This document shows, piece after piece, positions 47,875 to 57,489 of a stretch of DNA of 64,000 nucleotides. The stretch lies in assembly GCA_964612995.1 (NCBI GenBank), contig CAZTGE010000002.1, positions 337-64,336 of the forward strand, in the 5' to 3' direction. Each line of letters begins with the position of its first letter. Within the stretch, counting starts at the first letter, position 1. Under the pieces are notes generated by a model. The model was given only the letters and a program-made list of their open reading frames with translations. It was not told the origin of the DNA and made no database searches. Position numbers and translations under genes: made by a program. This DNA comes from an uncultured candidatus Brocadiaceae bacterium (GTDB taxonomy: Bacteria > Planctomycetota > UBA11346).

Positions 47875-49185
47875 ATGGCTGATCTGCGGGTGTGCAAGTT
47901 CGGAGGAACCTCGGTGGCGACGGCCGAGCGTCTGCGTGCGGTGCAGGCGATCTGTGACGCTGAACCGGCGCGGCGGGTGGTGGTGCCCTCGGCGCCGGGC
48001 AAGGCCCACTGCGATGACACCAAGGTCACCGATCTGCTCTACCTCGCGCATGAGCTGGCGAGCAAGCAGCAGCCCTTCGACACCATATGGCGCCAGATCG
48101 AAGCCCGCTTCACCGGTCTTGTCGTTGACCTCGGTCTCGATCTGGACCTGGGTCCGGTGCTCGACGAGATCCGTGAGGCCATCGCCGGCGGAGCCAGCGC
48201 CGCCTACGCCGCCAGCCGCGGGGAGGCGGTCAACGGCCGCATCGTCGCGGCCTTGCTCGGCGCGCGCTATGTCGACGCGGCAGATGTGATCCGCTTCGGC
48301 GCTGCCGGGCGGGTCGCCCCGGCCACCTTCGGCCTGGTGCGCGAGGCCTGCGCCGGCACAGAGCGCGTCGTGATCCCCGGTTTCTACGGCAGCGATCGCC
48401 ACGGGCGGGTGCGTACCTTCACCCGCGGCGGCAGCGATGTCACTGGCGCGGTGATCGCCGCCGCGATCGATGCCACGCTCTACGAGAACTGGACCGACGT
48501 GCCGGGCGTGCTGGCCACCGATCCGCGCATCGTCACCAGTGCGCGGCCGATCACCGAGATCACCTACGACGAGCTGCGCGAGCTCGCCTACATGGGCGCC
48601 AACGTGCTGCACGAGGAGGCGGTGTTCCCGGTGCGGGACAAAGGCATCCCCATCAACATCCGCAGCACCGGCGAGCCCGAGCACCCGGGCACGGTGATCG
48701 TCGCCGATCGCGACGTCGGCGATCAGGTGGTCGTCGGCATCGCTGGTCGGGCGGGTTTCACCGTATTCCAGTTCCACAAGCCGATGATGAACAGCGAGGT
48801 CGGCTTCGGCCGCCGGGTGCTCGACGTGTTCGAGCGCTTCGGCATCAGCTACGAGCACACCCCGACGGGGATCGACACCATGTCGGTGGTGGTCGCGGAT
48901 GAGACGCTGGGCGAGGACCGCGAGGAGCAGATCCTCGAGGACCTGCGCGCGGCGGTGAAGACCGACGATATCACCCTGTTGCCGGGCATGGCGCTGATCG
49001 CCACGGTGGGCAAGGGCATGAACCACAACGTCGGCGTCGCCGGGCGCCTGTTCAGCGCGCTGGGCAAGGCGGCGGTCAACGTGCGGATGATCGATCAGGG
49101 TTCCTCGGAGCAGAACATCATCGTCGGGGTCGACGCCGCCGATCTGCCCAAGGCGATCCAGGCGATCTACGAGGAATTCGCCTGA
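47875..49185 (+). CDS. lysC: Aspartate kinase.
   Basis: The N-terminal MADLRVCKFGGTSVATAERL is followed by an amino-acid kinase fold with C-terminal ACT domains. Confidence 0.8.
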   Translation: MADLRVCKFGGTSVATAERLRAVQAICDAEPARRVVVPSAPGKAHCDDTKVTDLLYLAHELASKQQPFDTIWRQIEARFTGLVVDLGLDLDLGPVLDEIREAIAGGASAAYAASRGEAVNGRIVAALLGARYVDAADVIRFGAAGRVAPATFGLVREACAGTERVVIPGFYGSDRHGRVRTFTRGGSDVTGAVIAAAIDATLYENWTDVPGVLATDPRIVTSARPITEITYDELRELAYMGANVLHEEAVFPVRDKGIPINIRSTGEPEHPGTVIVADRDVGDQVVVGIAGRAGFTVFQFHKPMMNSEVGFGRRVLDVFERFGISYEHTPTGIDTMSVVVADETLGEDREEQILEDLRAAVKTDDITLLPGMALIATVGKGMNHNVGVAGRLFSALGKAAVNVRMIDQGSSEQNIIVGVDAADLPKAIQAIYEEFA

Positions 49186-49195
49186 CCCGTCGGTC

Positions 49196-50449
49196 TCAAC
49201 CCGGTTCGAGGTACAGCTCGACCGTCCGCTCTTCGCCTTCGGGGTCGGCCAGCTCCAGGGTCACCCGGTCGCCGATCTGCTTGTCGCGCAGTGCGCGGTA
49301 GATGTCCAGCGCGCTGCGGATGGCTCGGCCTTCGATGCTGATGACCCGGGCCCCGACCGTGACCCCGGCGCGCGCAGCCGGGCTGCCGGGTGCCACCGCC
49401 TCGACCTTCTGGCAGCGCTGGCGGGTGCCGTTCTCGTCGTGCCAGGTGCTGGCGGTGAACTGCAACCCGTGCGCGGCCGAGCCCGGGATCGGCAGGCGAC
49501 CGGCTGGTAGCGCGAACTCGTGTTGCTGGCCGTCACGTTCCACCGTCACCGTGATCGTCGCGCCCGCGTGCCAGGGCCGGTCGGCGAAGCAGCCCTCGGC
49601 CTCGGCCACCGAATGCACCCGGCGACCCGCGACCCGCAGCAGCAGGTCGCGGGCGGCGAGCTTGTCGGCGGCCGTGCCCGGCGCGGCGACACGCACCCCG
49701 GTCGGCGCGATTTCGAGTTCGAGGCCCGCTGGCGCCGCGGTGCGACTGACGTAGCGTCCTGGCGCGTCGCGCAACGCAGGCAGGAACACGGCGAGCGCGC
49801 GGCAGCTGATGGCCAACCCGATGCCCGAGTTGATCCGCATGCCGGTGCGGGTGCGTATCTGGCCGTTGATGCCGAGCAGCCGCCCCTCGATGTCGAGCAA
49901 CGGTCCGCCGCTGTTGCCGGGATTGAGTGGCGCGTCGACCTGGATGCAGTCGGTGTAGGTGCCGCGGACCACCCCGGCCGCGCCGAGGATGCCCTGGCTG
50001 ACGCTCGGGGTGTTGTCGACGTCGCCGAGATCGAAGGGGTTGCCGATGGCGAAGACCCGCATGCCCAGTCGCAGATCGGCCTGGCTCGCGAGTTCGACGT
50101 GGTCGAGTGGGGGCAACTGCTCGTCGGGCTCGGGTTGGATCTGCAGCAGGGTCAGGTCGCCGACCGGGTCGGTGGCCACGAGGGTGGCGGCGTAGTTGCG
50201 CCCGTCGTGGAACCGGACCCGCCAGCCGGTCTGCCCGCCGGCGACGTGGTGGTTGGTCAGCACCTCGCCCTGGGGCGAGACGACCACGCCGCTGCCGCCG
50301 CCGACGAAGACGTAGGCCTGTTGCAGCAGATCGGCGACCCGGCGCTGGGCCGAACGCAGCGCGAGCGGGTCGTGGGTCGGTGTCGCCGCTCTCGCGACCG
50401 CCACCGGCACGAGGACGAGCATGGTGACGAGGAGCCGCTCAACGCGCAT
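49196..50449 (-). CDS. HtrA/DegP-family serine protease with a PDZ domain.
   Basis: The motifs NPGNSGGPLLDIEGRLLGINGQI and a C-terminal PDZ domain are present. The start is placed at M16, a signal peptide. Confidence 0.75.
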   Translation of the reverse strand: MRVERLLVTMLVLVPVAVARAATPTHDPLALRSAQRRVADLLQQAYVFVGGGSGVVVSPQGEVLTNHHVAGGQTGWRVRFHDGRNYAATLVATDPVGDLTLLQIQPEPDEQLPPLDHVELASQADLRLGMRVFAIGNPFDLGDVDNTPSVSQGILGAAGVVRGTYTDCIQVDAPLNPGNSGGPLLDIEGRLLGINGQIRTRTGMRINSGIGLAISCRALAVFLPALRDAPGRYVSRTAAPAGLELEIAPTGVRVAAPGTAADKLAARDLLLRVAGRRVHSVAEAEGCFADRPWHAGATITVTVERDGQQHEFALPAGRLPIPGSAAHGLQFTASTWHDENGTRQRCQKVEAVAPGSPAARAGVTVGARVISIEGRAIRSALDIYRALRDKQIGDRVTLELADPEGEERTVELYLEPG

Positions 50450-52193
50450 CGAACACCTGTAATTCCACCTCCAGCTCGCGAGGTTCGCCATCACGCTCGA
50501 CGCGCACGCGCACCACCGCCCCGGCGCTGCGCCCGACCAGCAGACGGCTGATGTCCGCGTGTTCGCGCACCGGCTTGTCGTTGATCGCGAGGATGAGGTC
50601 GTCGACCTCCATCCCGGCCGCCGCGGCGCCGAGATCCGGATTCACCAGCGACACGCGTGGGGGCCCTTTGCGTGATTCCACGCGGATGCCCAGTCCGACG
50701 ATCGGCAGCTCGAGTACGTCGGTGCCATCGCGCAGGGTGGGCAGGACGTCGGCGATGGTTCCGGTGTCGACGAACATGGCCACGCCGGAGTTGATGCCCC
50801 AGGGTCGCCGCGGGCCGAGATGGCAGGTCACCCCGACCACCGCGCCGGTGCAGTCGATCACCGCCCCGCCCAGGCTGCCGTAGTTGACCAGCGCGTCTGT
50901 CTGATGGAGATGGTAGCGGCTCTGGGTCCGGCGGCGTTCGGTCGCGCTGACCACGCCTGCGGTCATGGTGAAGCCTCCGCCGTCGCGGTGCCGCCCGACC
51001 ACCGCCACCGGATCACCGGCATGGAGGTCCGGCGCCGCGGCCAACTCCACCACGGCGAAGGGCAGCGATCCTTCGGCCTGCAGCAGGGCGAGGTCGAGCA
51101 CTTTGTGCACCGCGAGCACGCTGCAGGACACATAGGGGGTCTCGGCTGCTGGGGTGAGCACGCGACCGTGGCGGGCATCACCGTGGAGGTTGCTCGCCGC
51201 GGTCAGCAGCAAGCCGGCCTGCGGGTCGATGCACAGCGCCGGCACGGCCTGATCGGTGTAGAACACCTGCTGCGCGTGGTAGTAGATTCCCCAGGCCTGC
51301 TCAAGGGCTTCGCGCATGTAGGGTGGGATCGCGGCGCTGAGCGGCCGTGGCCGTGGCGGTCCATCGGGGTTGCCGGGTCCGCGCGGCCGTTCCAGATAGA
51401 CCAGCGCGATGCCCGCCGCGATCGAGCCCGCCGCGTCGACCAGTGCGTCGGTGAGCGGGTCGGCGGTCACCTGCGGGGCATGCGGCACCGGGCCGAGCTC
51501 GAGTTCGGCGGCGACCCGCGCGATGGGCACCACGGTGCCGACGCGCCGTTGGCGGACCACGCCGAGGCTGACGATGCCCACCACCCGGCCTGCGGCATCG
51601 AGCAAGGGGCCACCCTGATTGCCGTCGTTGATCGCGGCGTCGGTTTCGATCACCGGTCCGCGGTAGTGGCTGAGCACGCGGCCGAGCCGGCCGCGCATCG
51701 GCGGTTCGCTCGGTGGAATGGCGTAGCGCCCGCTGACGATGCCCCGGCTCAGCGCCGCGCGGCCGTCGGTCTCCAGGGCGCCGAAGGGGTTGCCGGCGGT
51801 CCATACGTGATCGCCGATGCGCAGTTGCTCGCTGTCCGCCAGCTCCAGCGGCCGCGGCGCGGTCGTGCCGTCCCGCTGCACGGTGAACAGCAGGGCGGTG
51901 CTCCGCTCGCCACGCCGTTCCACCCGGGCCTGGAGCCGCCGGCCACCGGGAAGGACTACGGTGAATGCGTCGGCGTCTGACGGCACCGCCTCGGCCAGGG
52001 TCAACCCGGTGAGGGTCTGCGCATCGGCGGCGATGATGAACCCCGCACCGCCGAGGGCGGCATCCGGAACCTCGGAACTGTCCGCGAGTGCTGGGATGGC
52101 GACCACAGCATCCGTGGCCAGTTCCGCCGCCGGTGCGGTGATCGCCACAACGAGCATCAGCAGCGATGTGGGCAGACGCATGAGTCGCATCAT
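50439..52193 (-). CDS. Secreted protein with two tandem trypsin-like protease domains and a C-terminal PDZ domain.
   Basis: The motifs DGNQGGPLLDAAGRVVGIVSLG and YGSLGGAVIDCTGAVVGV appear in separate halves. A PDZ-like C-terminal domain follows. The start is ambiguous (M1, M10 or M14). Confidence 0.6.
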   Translation of the reverse strand: MMRLMRLPTSLLMLVVAITAPAAELATDAVVAIPALADSSEVPDAALGGAGFIIAADAQTLTGLTLAEAVPSDADAFTVVLPGGRRLQARVERRGERSTALLFTVQRDGTTAPRPLELADSEQLRIGDHVWTAGNPFGALETDGRAALSRGIVSGRYAIPPSEPPMRGRLGRVLSHYRGPVIETDAAINDGNQGGPLLDAAGRVVGIVSLGVVRQRRVGTVVPIARVAAELELGPVPHAPQVTADPLTDALVDAAGSIAAGIALVYLERPRGPGNPDGPPRPRPLSAAIPPYMREALEQAWGIYYHAQQVFYTDQAVPALCIDPQAGLLLTAASNLHGDARHGRVLTPAAETPYVSCSVLAVHKVLDLALLQAEGSLPFAVVELAAAPDLHAGDPVAVVGRHRDGGGFTMTAGVVSATERRRTQSRYHLHQTDALVNYGSLGGAVIDCTGAVVGVTCHLGPRRPWGINSGVAMFVDTGTIADVLPTLRDGTDVLELPIVGLGIRVESRKGPPRVSLVNPDLGAAAAGMEVDDLILAINDKPVREHADISRLLVGRSAGAVVRVRVERDGEPRELEVELQVFDAR

Positions 52194-52298
52194 CCCAGAT
52201 TCTAACGCCGAGCCAACCATGTTCGTTTGCTCGTTTCGACACGATCGTCGATCGCTGCGTCAGTCAGGAGGCCGCAGGGCCGGCCACGCTGCGCCCTG

Positions 52299-53867
52299 CT
52301 ACATCCGTTCCATGCGGATCTGGTCGGTCCAGTGCGTGCCCAGGCTCTCGAGCGCGGCGCGATGCATGATCCCGAGCGGCGGTTGCAGACCGGTCCAATA
52401 GCAGTACTGGGCCACGGCCTGATGCTCGAGCATGTTCAGTCCGCAGACGGTGGTCGCGCCCTGGTCGGCGGCGTCGCGCAACAGGCGGGTCTGCAGCGGG
52501 GTGTAGACGGTGTCGAACACCACGCTGTCTTCGCGGTGACGGTCGGCCGGCCAGGGTGAGCTGTCCGTATCGTTCATCCCCACCGAAGTGCCGTTGAGCA
52601 GGATGTCGTAGGGCAGGTCGTGGGCCGTCTCCAGGCTGCTGGCGGTACAGCCGAGCCGGTCGGCCAGGGCCTCGGCGCGGGACTCGGTACGGTTGGCGAT
52701 GACCACCTCGGCCCCGGCCGTGACCAGCGCGTAGGCCAGGGCATGGCTGACCCCGCCGGCGCCGAGGACCAGTGCGCGCTTGCCCTGGACCGAGCCGCCG
52801 GCCTCCTCGAGGCAGGCGATCGCCGCCGGGGCATCGGTGTTCGCGCCGATCGCGCGGCCGGTGTCGTCGCGATAGACGGTGTTCATCGCCCCGATGCGCT
52901 GCACCGGGTCCTCGACCGTGTCCATCGTCCCGATCAGCGCCGCCTTGTGCGGGATGGTGATCGACAGCCCGTCGATCCAGCTGTGGCAGGCCTGCCAGAA
53001 CGCGGCCGCGTCGTGGACCAGGAAGGGCACGTAGACCGCGTCGACCCCGTGGCCGGCGAACGCGGCGTTGTGCATCGCCGGCGACAGGCTGTGCGCTACC
53101 GGGTCGCCGATGACGCCGAAGATGCAGGTGTCCGCGCCCTGCATCTGCAGGCGGTAGCGGCGGGTCAGCTCGCGGGTGGTCGGCTGGCCCGGCGCCGAGC
53201 CGGTCGGATCGATCGACAGCCGGGCGAAGGTCATCCCGCAGCCCCAGGCACCGGCCAGCAACCGGGTCGGCAGGCCGATCTCGCCCATACCCAGGGCGAC
53301 CAGTTCGCGGTGGCGCTGATGCTTGCTGCCGAAGCGGCCGTAATTGGCGCAGAGCTCGGCCAGCACGTCGAGCTGGGCGGCGTCGGCGAGCGTTACCGCG
53401 ACCTTGGCCACGGCGGCGCCAGCGGCGTACATCGCTTCCACGATGTCTGCCAGGTCCGACCCCAACCCGTCGAAGTCGTGATGGCTGAGGATCAGCCGCG
53501 CGGTGCCGGGTCGTTCGCGCAGCGCGCCCAGCCGGGCCAGTTCGACATCGATGTAGGCCGCCCCGCGGCGGTCGGCCTCGAGGAGCAGCGCGAGGCGGTC
53601 TTCCTCCGAGCCTTCCCACTGCCCCTGCTCACTCGCGTGGCGGTTGGTTGCGATGACCGGTAACGGCCACTCCGAGATCGCCGCGATCACGTCGTGGATC
53701 GGCGCGCCGGCGCGGGCGCACATATCCAAACGCAACTCGACCAGATCGGCGTGCTCGGCCCGGGCATGGTGGACCTTGCGATCGATGTCTTCGAGGGTGC
53801 GGCCGGAAACGGGAACGACGATGCGGGTCACGATGTTCCGTTCTCTGGGCGTGGGCCGACGCGACAA
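52299..53867 (-). CDS. aroDE: Bifunctional 3-dehydroquinate dehydratase (type I) and shikimate dehydrogenase.
   Basis: The N-terminal half is AroD-like (LVELRLD, SHHDF). The C-terminal half is AroE-like (ALVLGAGGVSHALAYAL, NGTSVGM). Confidence 0.75.
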   Translation of the reverse strand: MSRRPTPRERNIVTRIVVPVSGRTLEDIDRKVHHARAEHADLVELRLDMCARAGAPIHDVIAAISEWPLPVIATNRHASEQGQWEGSEEDRLALLLEADRRGAAYIDVELARLGALRERPGTARLILSHHDFDGLGSDLADIVEAMYAAGAAVAKVAVTLADAAQLDVLAELCANYGRFGSKHQRHRELVALGMGEIGLPTRLLAGAWGCGMTFARLSIDPTGSAPGQPTTRELTRRYRLQMQGADTCIFGVIGDPVAHSLSPAMHNAAFAGHGVDAVYVPFLVHDAAAFWQACHSWIDGLSITIPHKAALIGTMDTVEDPVQRIGAMNTVYRDDTGRAIGANTDAPAAIACLEEAGGSVQGKRALVLGAGGVSHALAYALVTAGAEVVIANRTESRAEALADRLGCTASSLETAHDLPYDILLNGTSVGMNDTDSSPWPADRHREDSVVFDTVYTPLQTRLLRDAADQGATTVCGLNMLEHQAVAQYCYWTGLQPPLGIMHRAALESLGTHWTDQIRMERM

Positions 53868-53989
53868 GGGAGAACCCGCGAGCGCGCCGGGCCGCTGGTC
53901 AACCGCGCATTCCCGCTGGCCTGTCTGTCAGCGCGCTGCTATCCTGGGTAGGTGGCTCGTCTTGTGACGAGGCGAGCCAGGGGAGGGAA

Positions 53990-56647
53990 ATGGAGCGACA
54001 GGTGCTCGATCAGATCCCCGAGTCCATCGGTCGATATCGGATCCTCGACGTGCTCGGGCAGGGCGGGATGGGGCGGGTCTACCGTGCCCAGGACGAATCG
54101 CTCGGCCGCACGGTCGCGCTCAAGGTGCTCCTGCCGGTGCCGGGAGCCCCGGCGGATTTCGCCAAGCGCTTCCTGCGCGAGGCGCGGGCGGCGGCGAGCA
54201 TCAATCATCCCAACGTCATCACCTGCTACGATGTCGGCGACGCCGACGGCACGCTGTACATGGCGCTGGAGCTGGTCACCGGCGGCGATGCCGCGCGCCT
54301 GATGGCGCACCGCGGTGGACGCCTGAGCGAGCGCGAGGCGCTGCTGGTGGTGCGCGGCGCGGCCGCCGGGCTGCTGGCGATCGAGCAGGCGGGCCTGCTG
54401 CATCGCGACATCAAGCCGGCGAACATCTTCCTCACAGACGCAGGTGAAGCAAAGCTTGCCGATCTCGGCCTGGTGCGTTCGCACCTCGATCAGGACCAGT
54501 TGACCCAGGTCGGCGCGCCGATGGGCACGCCCGCCTACATGTCGCCCGAACAGGCCCGCGGCGAGGCCGATCTGGATATCCGTAGCGACATCTTCTCGCT
54601 CGGCTGTTCGCTCTACGCCATGCTCAGCGGCGCGAGCCCCTTTCTCGCCGACAGCCCGGTCGCCACCCTCAGCCGGGTGCTCAGCGATGAGATGCCCGAT
54701 ATCACCCAGGCCGGTCCCGACCTGAGTCCGGAGACCTGCCGCTTGCTCGCCGGAACCCTCGCGAAGGACCGCAGCCGGCGGATCGCCGGAGCTGGCGCGT
54801 TGGTCTCGCAGGCGCAGAGCGCCCTGACCGAATTGCGCGGCGCCCAGCGCGCGCGCACCACCACCGCGCGTCGTGCGAACGATCAGACCCCGGCCACCGG
54901 TCACGCCGCGCGGCAGGCCACGCCGGCGCCGGATACCGATCGCCGCCGGGCGGTCGGCACCCGTAGCAGCAGCCGGCGGCGGGAGACCACGCGCTCGCAG
55001 GCGGATCTCCGTGCGTTGGCCAAGCGCGTCCACGTCGCCCCGGACGGTCTGCGCGCTTGGATCAATCTCGCGCCGCAGGTCAGCTTTCCCCGGGTCCTGC
55101 TCGATAAGGTGCTCGACACCGCCGGCGTCTGTCACGGGCTGCAGCACGCTGCGCTGCTCCAGGCCACCCGCGGCGTCAACAGCGTGCGGCGGCTGGTCAT
55201 CGCGCTCGGCGATCCACCGTTGCCGGACCAGGAGGGCACCGATGTCTGCGGCCAGCGGATCCCGCCGGTGCAGAACGATGTGGTCATCGTGGTCGCGGCC
55301 GACTACATGGAGGCGCACGCGATCTTCCGCCCTGGAACCCTGTGCGACCAGATGCAGGTCAAGCTGGCCCTGTTGCAGGCCGGCGTGCGCTACGGCATCG
55401 ACCGCACCGGCCTGCTCCGGTTGTGGGAGGGCCCGCCCGATCAGAGCGGACGACGCGGCATCGCCCGGGGTACGGCGATGATCCCCGGCGAGCCCGCCGG
55501 GTTCCGGCTCGCGGCCAACGTGAGCGAGCAGAGTCTCGGCGCGGAAACCGTCGAGCACATGAGCCAGGTACGCCAGGGCCAGATGCTGGCCCGCTGGAGC
55601 GAGGAGGTCCGCGGGCGCGCGGGAATGGACGTCCACGGCCGCGAGATCATCCCGCCGCGCCTGGCGAGCCCCGATATCTCGCGGATGGTCGGCGAGGGCT
55701 GTCGCGTGGAACGCAATCGCGATGGGGTCCAGATGCTGGTGGCCGAACGCGCTGGCTATGTGCAGCAGCAGGTCGACGGACGCATCCGGGTGATCTCGGC
55801 GGTAGAGGTGCCGGGTGATTGCGGTCCCGACAGCCCCGCGATCGATACCGACGATGTGGTCCTGGTTCGCGGAAACGTGTTGCCCGGCGCGCGGATCAAC
55901 AGTTCGAACGATGTGGTCATCATGGGCGATCTGCAGGACGCGGCGATCGAGGCCGGCGGGTCCTTGCAGGTGCAGGGCAACATCGGCGCTGGTGATCAAG
56001 CAGTGCTGGCCGGCGACGGCGTGGCGGTCGGCGGCGACGTGGCCCGACGCGTGGTCACCGGATCGCTGCGCGTCGACGGCGCGGTCGAGAACTGCGAGAT
56101 CGTCGCCACCGGTGACATCGAGGTCCATCGGGTGGTCGGCGGGTCGCTGATCGCGGGCGGCAACATCACGGTACAGTACGCCGGCGACGATCGGGGCGCG
56201 ACGACAGAGATGTGGGCCGGACACCTGCCGGAATCGGACGATCGGGCGGAGGTGATCCGGGTCAACGAACGGCGGATCCACACCGAATACCGCCAGGCGA
56301 TGGAACGCCTGCACTCGGCCGATGCCGAGGTGTATCAGAAACGCAAGCGTATGGAGTTGATCGAACGCTCCGATTACCGCTCCGAACACTTTGCGCGGGA
56401 GCGCAAGGAGAAGCTCGACCACGCCGATGCGCAGCGGCGGCAGCACGAGGCCGAGGCCGACGAAGTACGCCAGCGCCTTGCGGCCCAGCGTCAGGCGTTG
56501 GCCGACCTGCGCCGCCGCGGCGAGAACGCCGAGGCGGTGATCGAGGCGCGGGTGATCGCCTATCGCGGCGTGGTCGCCTGCATCGGTGATGCCGAACCGC
56601 TCGCGTTGCGGATGGATCGCGCACCGTTCAAGATGCGCCTGCAATAG
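53990..56647 (+). CDS. Hanks-type Ser/Thr kinase fused to a FapA/DUF342-like beta-helix domain with a C-terminal coiled coil.
   Basis: Kinase motifs are GQGGMGRVY, HRDIKPANIF, DLGLVR and YMSPEQ. The C-terminal half has repetitive VxGxVxAG beta-helix units followed by a coiled coil (ERRIHTEYRQAMERL...). Confidence 0.7.
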   Translation: MERQVLDQIPESIGRYRILDVLGQGGMGRVYRAQDESLGRTVALKVLLPVPGAPADFAKRFLREARAAASINHPNVITCYDVGDADGTLYMALELVTGGDAARLMAHRGGRLSEREALLVVRGAAAGLLAIEQAGLLHRDIKPANIFLTDAGEAKLADLGLVRSHLDQDQLTQVGAPMGTPAYMSPEQARGEADLDIRSDIFSLGCSLYAMLSGASPFLADSPVATLSRVLSDEMPDITQAGPDLSPETCRLLAGTLAKDRSRRIAGAGALVSQAQSALTELRGAQRARTTTARRANDQTPATGHAARQATPAPDTDRRRAVGTRSSSRRRETTRSQADLRALAKRVHVAPDGLRAWINLAPQVSFPRVLLDKVLDTAGVCHGLQHAALLQATRGVNSVRRLVIALGDPPLPDQEGTDVCGQRIPPVQNDVVIVVAADYMEAHAIFRPGTLCDQMQVKLALLQAGVRYGIDRTGLLRLWEGPPDQSGRRGIARGTAMIPGEPAGFRLAANVSEQSLGAETVEHMSQVRQGQMLARWSEEVRGRAGMDVHGREIIPPRLASPDISRMVGEGCRVERNRDGVQMLVAERAGYVQQQVDGRIRVISAVEVPGDCGPDSPAIDTDDVVLVRGNVLPGARINSSNDVVIMGDLQDAAIEAGGSLQVQGNIGAGDQAVLAGDGVAVGGDVARRVVTGSLRVDGAVENCEIVATGDIEVHRVVGGSLIAGGNITVQYAGDDRGATTEMWAGHLPESDDRAEVIRVNERRIHTEYRQAMERLHSADAEVYQKRKRMELIERSDYRSEHFARERKEKLDHADAQRRQHEAEADEVRQRLAAQRQALADLRRRGENAEAVIEARVIAYRGVVACIGDAEPLALRMDRAPFKMRLQ

Positions 56648-56700
56648 CGGCGGGGGTGCGGCCTTGCCCCGGTGGCGCCGGCGCCCACCCTGCCGCCGCG

Positions 56701-57489
56701 ATGGAAGCCCTGCAGCTCGACCCCGCGGCCTGGATCTGCGCCGTGCTCGCCGCGGTGTGCATCGGCTGTGCCAAGACCGGCCTGCCGGGGCTGGGGATCC
56801 TCGCGGTCGCCTTGATGGCCAGCGGGATCCCCGGCAAGCGCTCGGTCGGCGTGGTGCTGCCGTTGTTGATCGTCGCCGACTGTTGCGCCGTGGCCTGGTA
56901 CCGCCGTCACGCCGACGTCCACCGGCTGGTCGACCTCGCCGGATGGGTGGCGGTGGGTCTGGCTTTCGGCGCGTTGGCCCTGTGGGCGGTCGATCTGGTG
57001 CCGTGTGCCGCGGTGGCCTTCCGGCCGATCATCGGCGGCGTGGTGCTGCTGATGCTGCTCACGGTGCTGGTCCGCCAACGCCTGGCACGGCGGGTCGAGC
57101 ACGGCGGGCGTGGCGCCGCGGCGCTGACCGGCACCGCCGCCGGCACGGCCACCGTGCTGGCCAATGCCGCCGGACCGTTGATGGGGCTCTACCTCGCCAG
57201 CAAGGGGCTGAGCAAGGCGCAGTTCCTCGGCACCATGGCCTGGTTCTTCCTGCTGCTCAACCTGAGCAAGGTGCCGATCCACCTCGTGGTGGGGTGGCTG
57301 CAGCCACACGCGCCACTGATCGACGCGGCTTCGCTGCTGCTGGATCTGTACCTGCTGCCCGCGTTACTCGCCGGGGTCCTGCTCGGGCGCTTCGTCCTCT
57401 TCCGGTTGCCGCGACGCTGGTTCTTCGGCGCCGTGTTCACCCTCGCCGGCGCGAGCGCGGTCAAGCTGTTGCTCGCGCCCTGGATCTGA
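56701..57489 (+). CDS. Sulfite exporter TauE/SafE-family membrane protein.
   Basis: There are eight predicted TM helices with an internal repeat and a Gly-rich segment AVCIGCAKTGLPGLGILAV. The ATG is at 56701. Confidence 0.6.
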   Translation: MEALQLDPAAWICAVLAAVCIGCAKTGLPGLGILAVALMASGIPGKRSVGVVLPLLIVADCCAVAWYRRHADVHRLVDLAGWVAVGLAFGALALWAVDLVPCAAVAFRPIIGGVVLLMLLTVLVRQRLARRVEHGGRGAAALTGTAAGTATVLANAAGPLMGLYLASKGLSKAQFLGTMAWFFLLLNLSKVPIHLVVGWLQPHAPLIDAASLLLDLYLLPALLAGVLLGRFVLFRLPRRWFFGAVFTLAGASAVKLLLAPWI

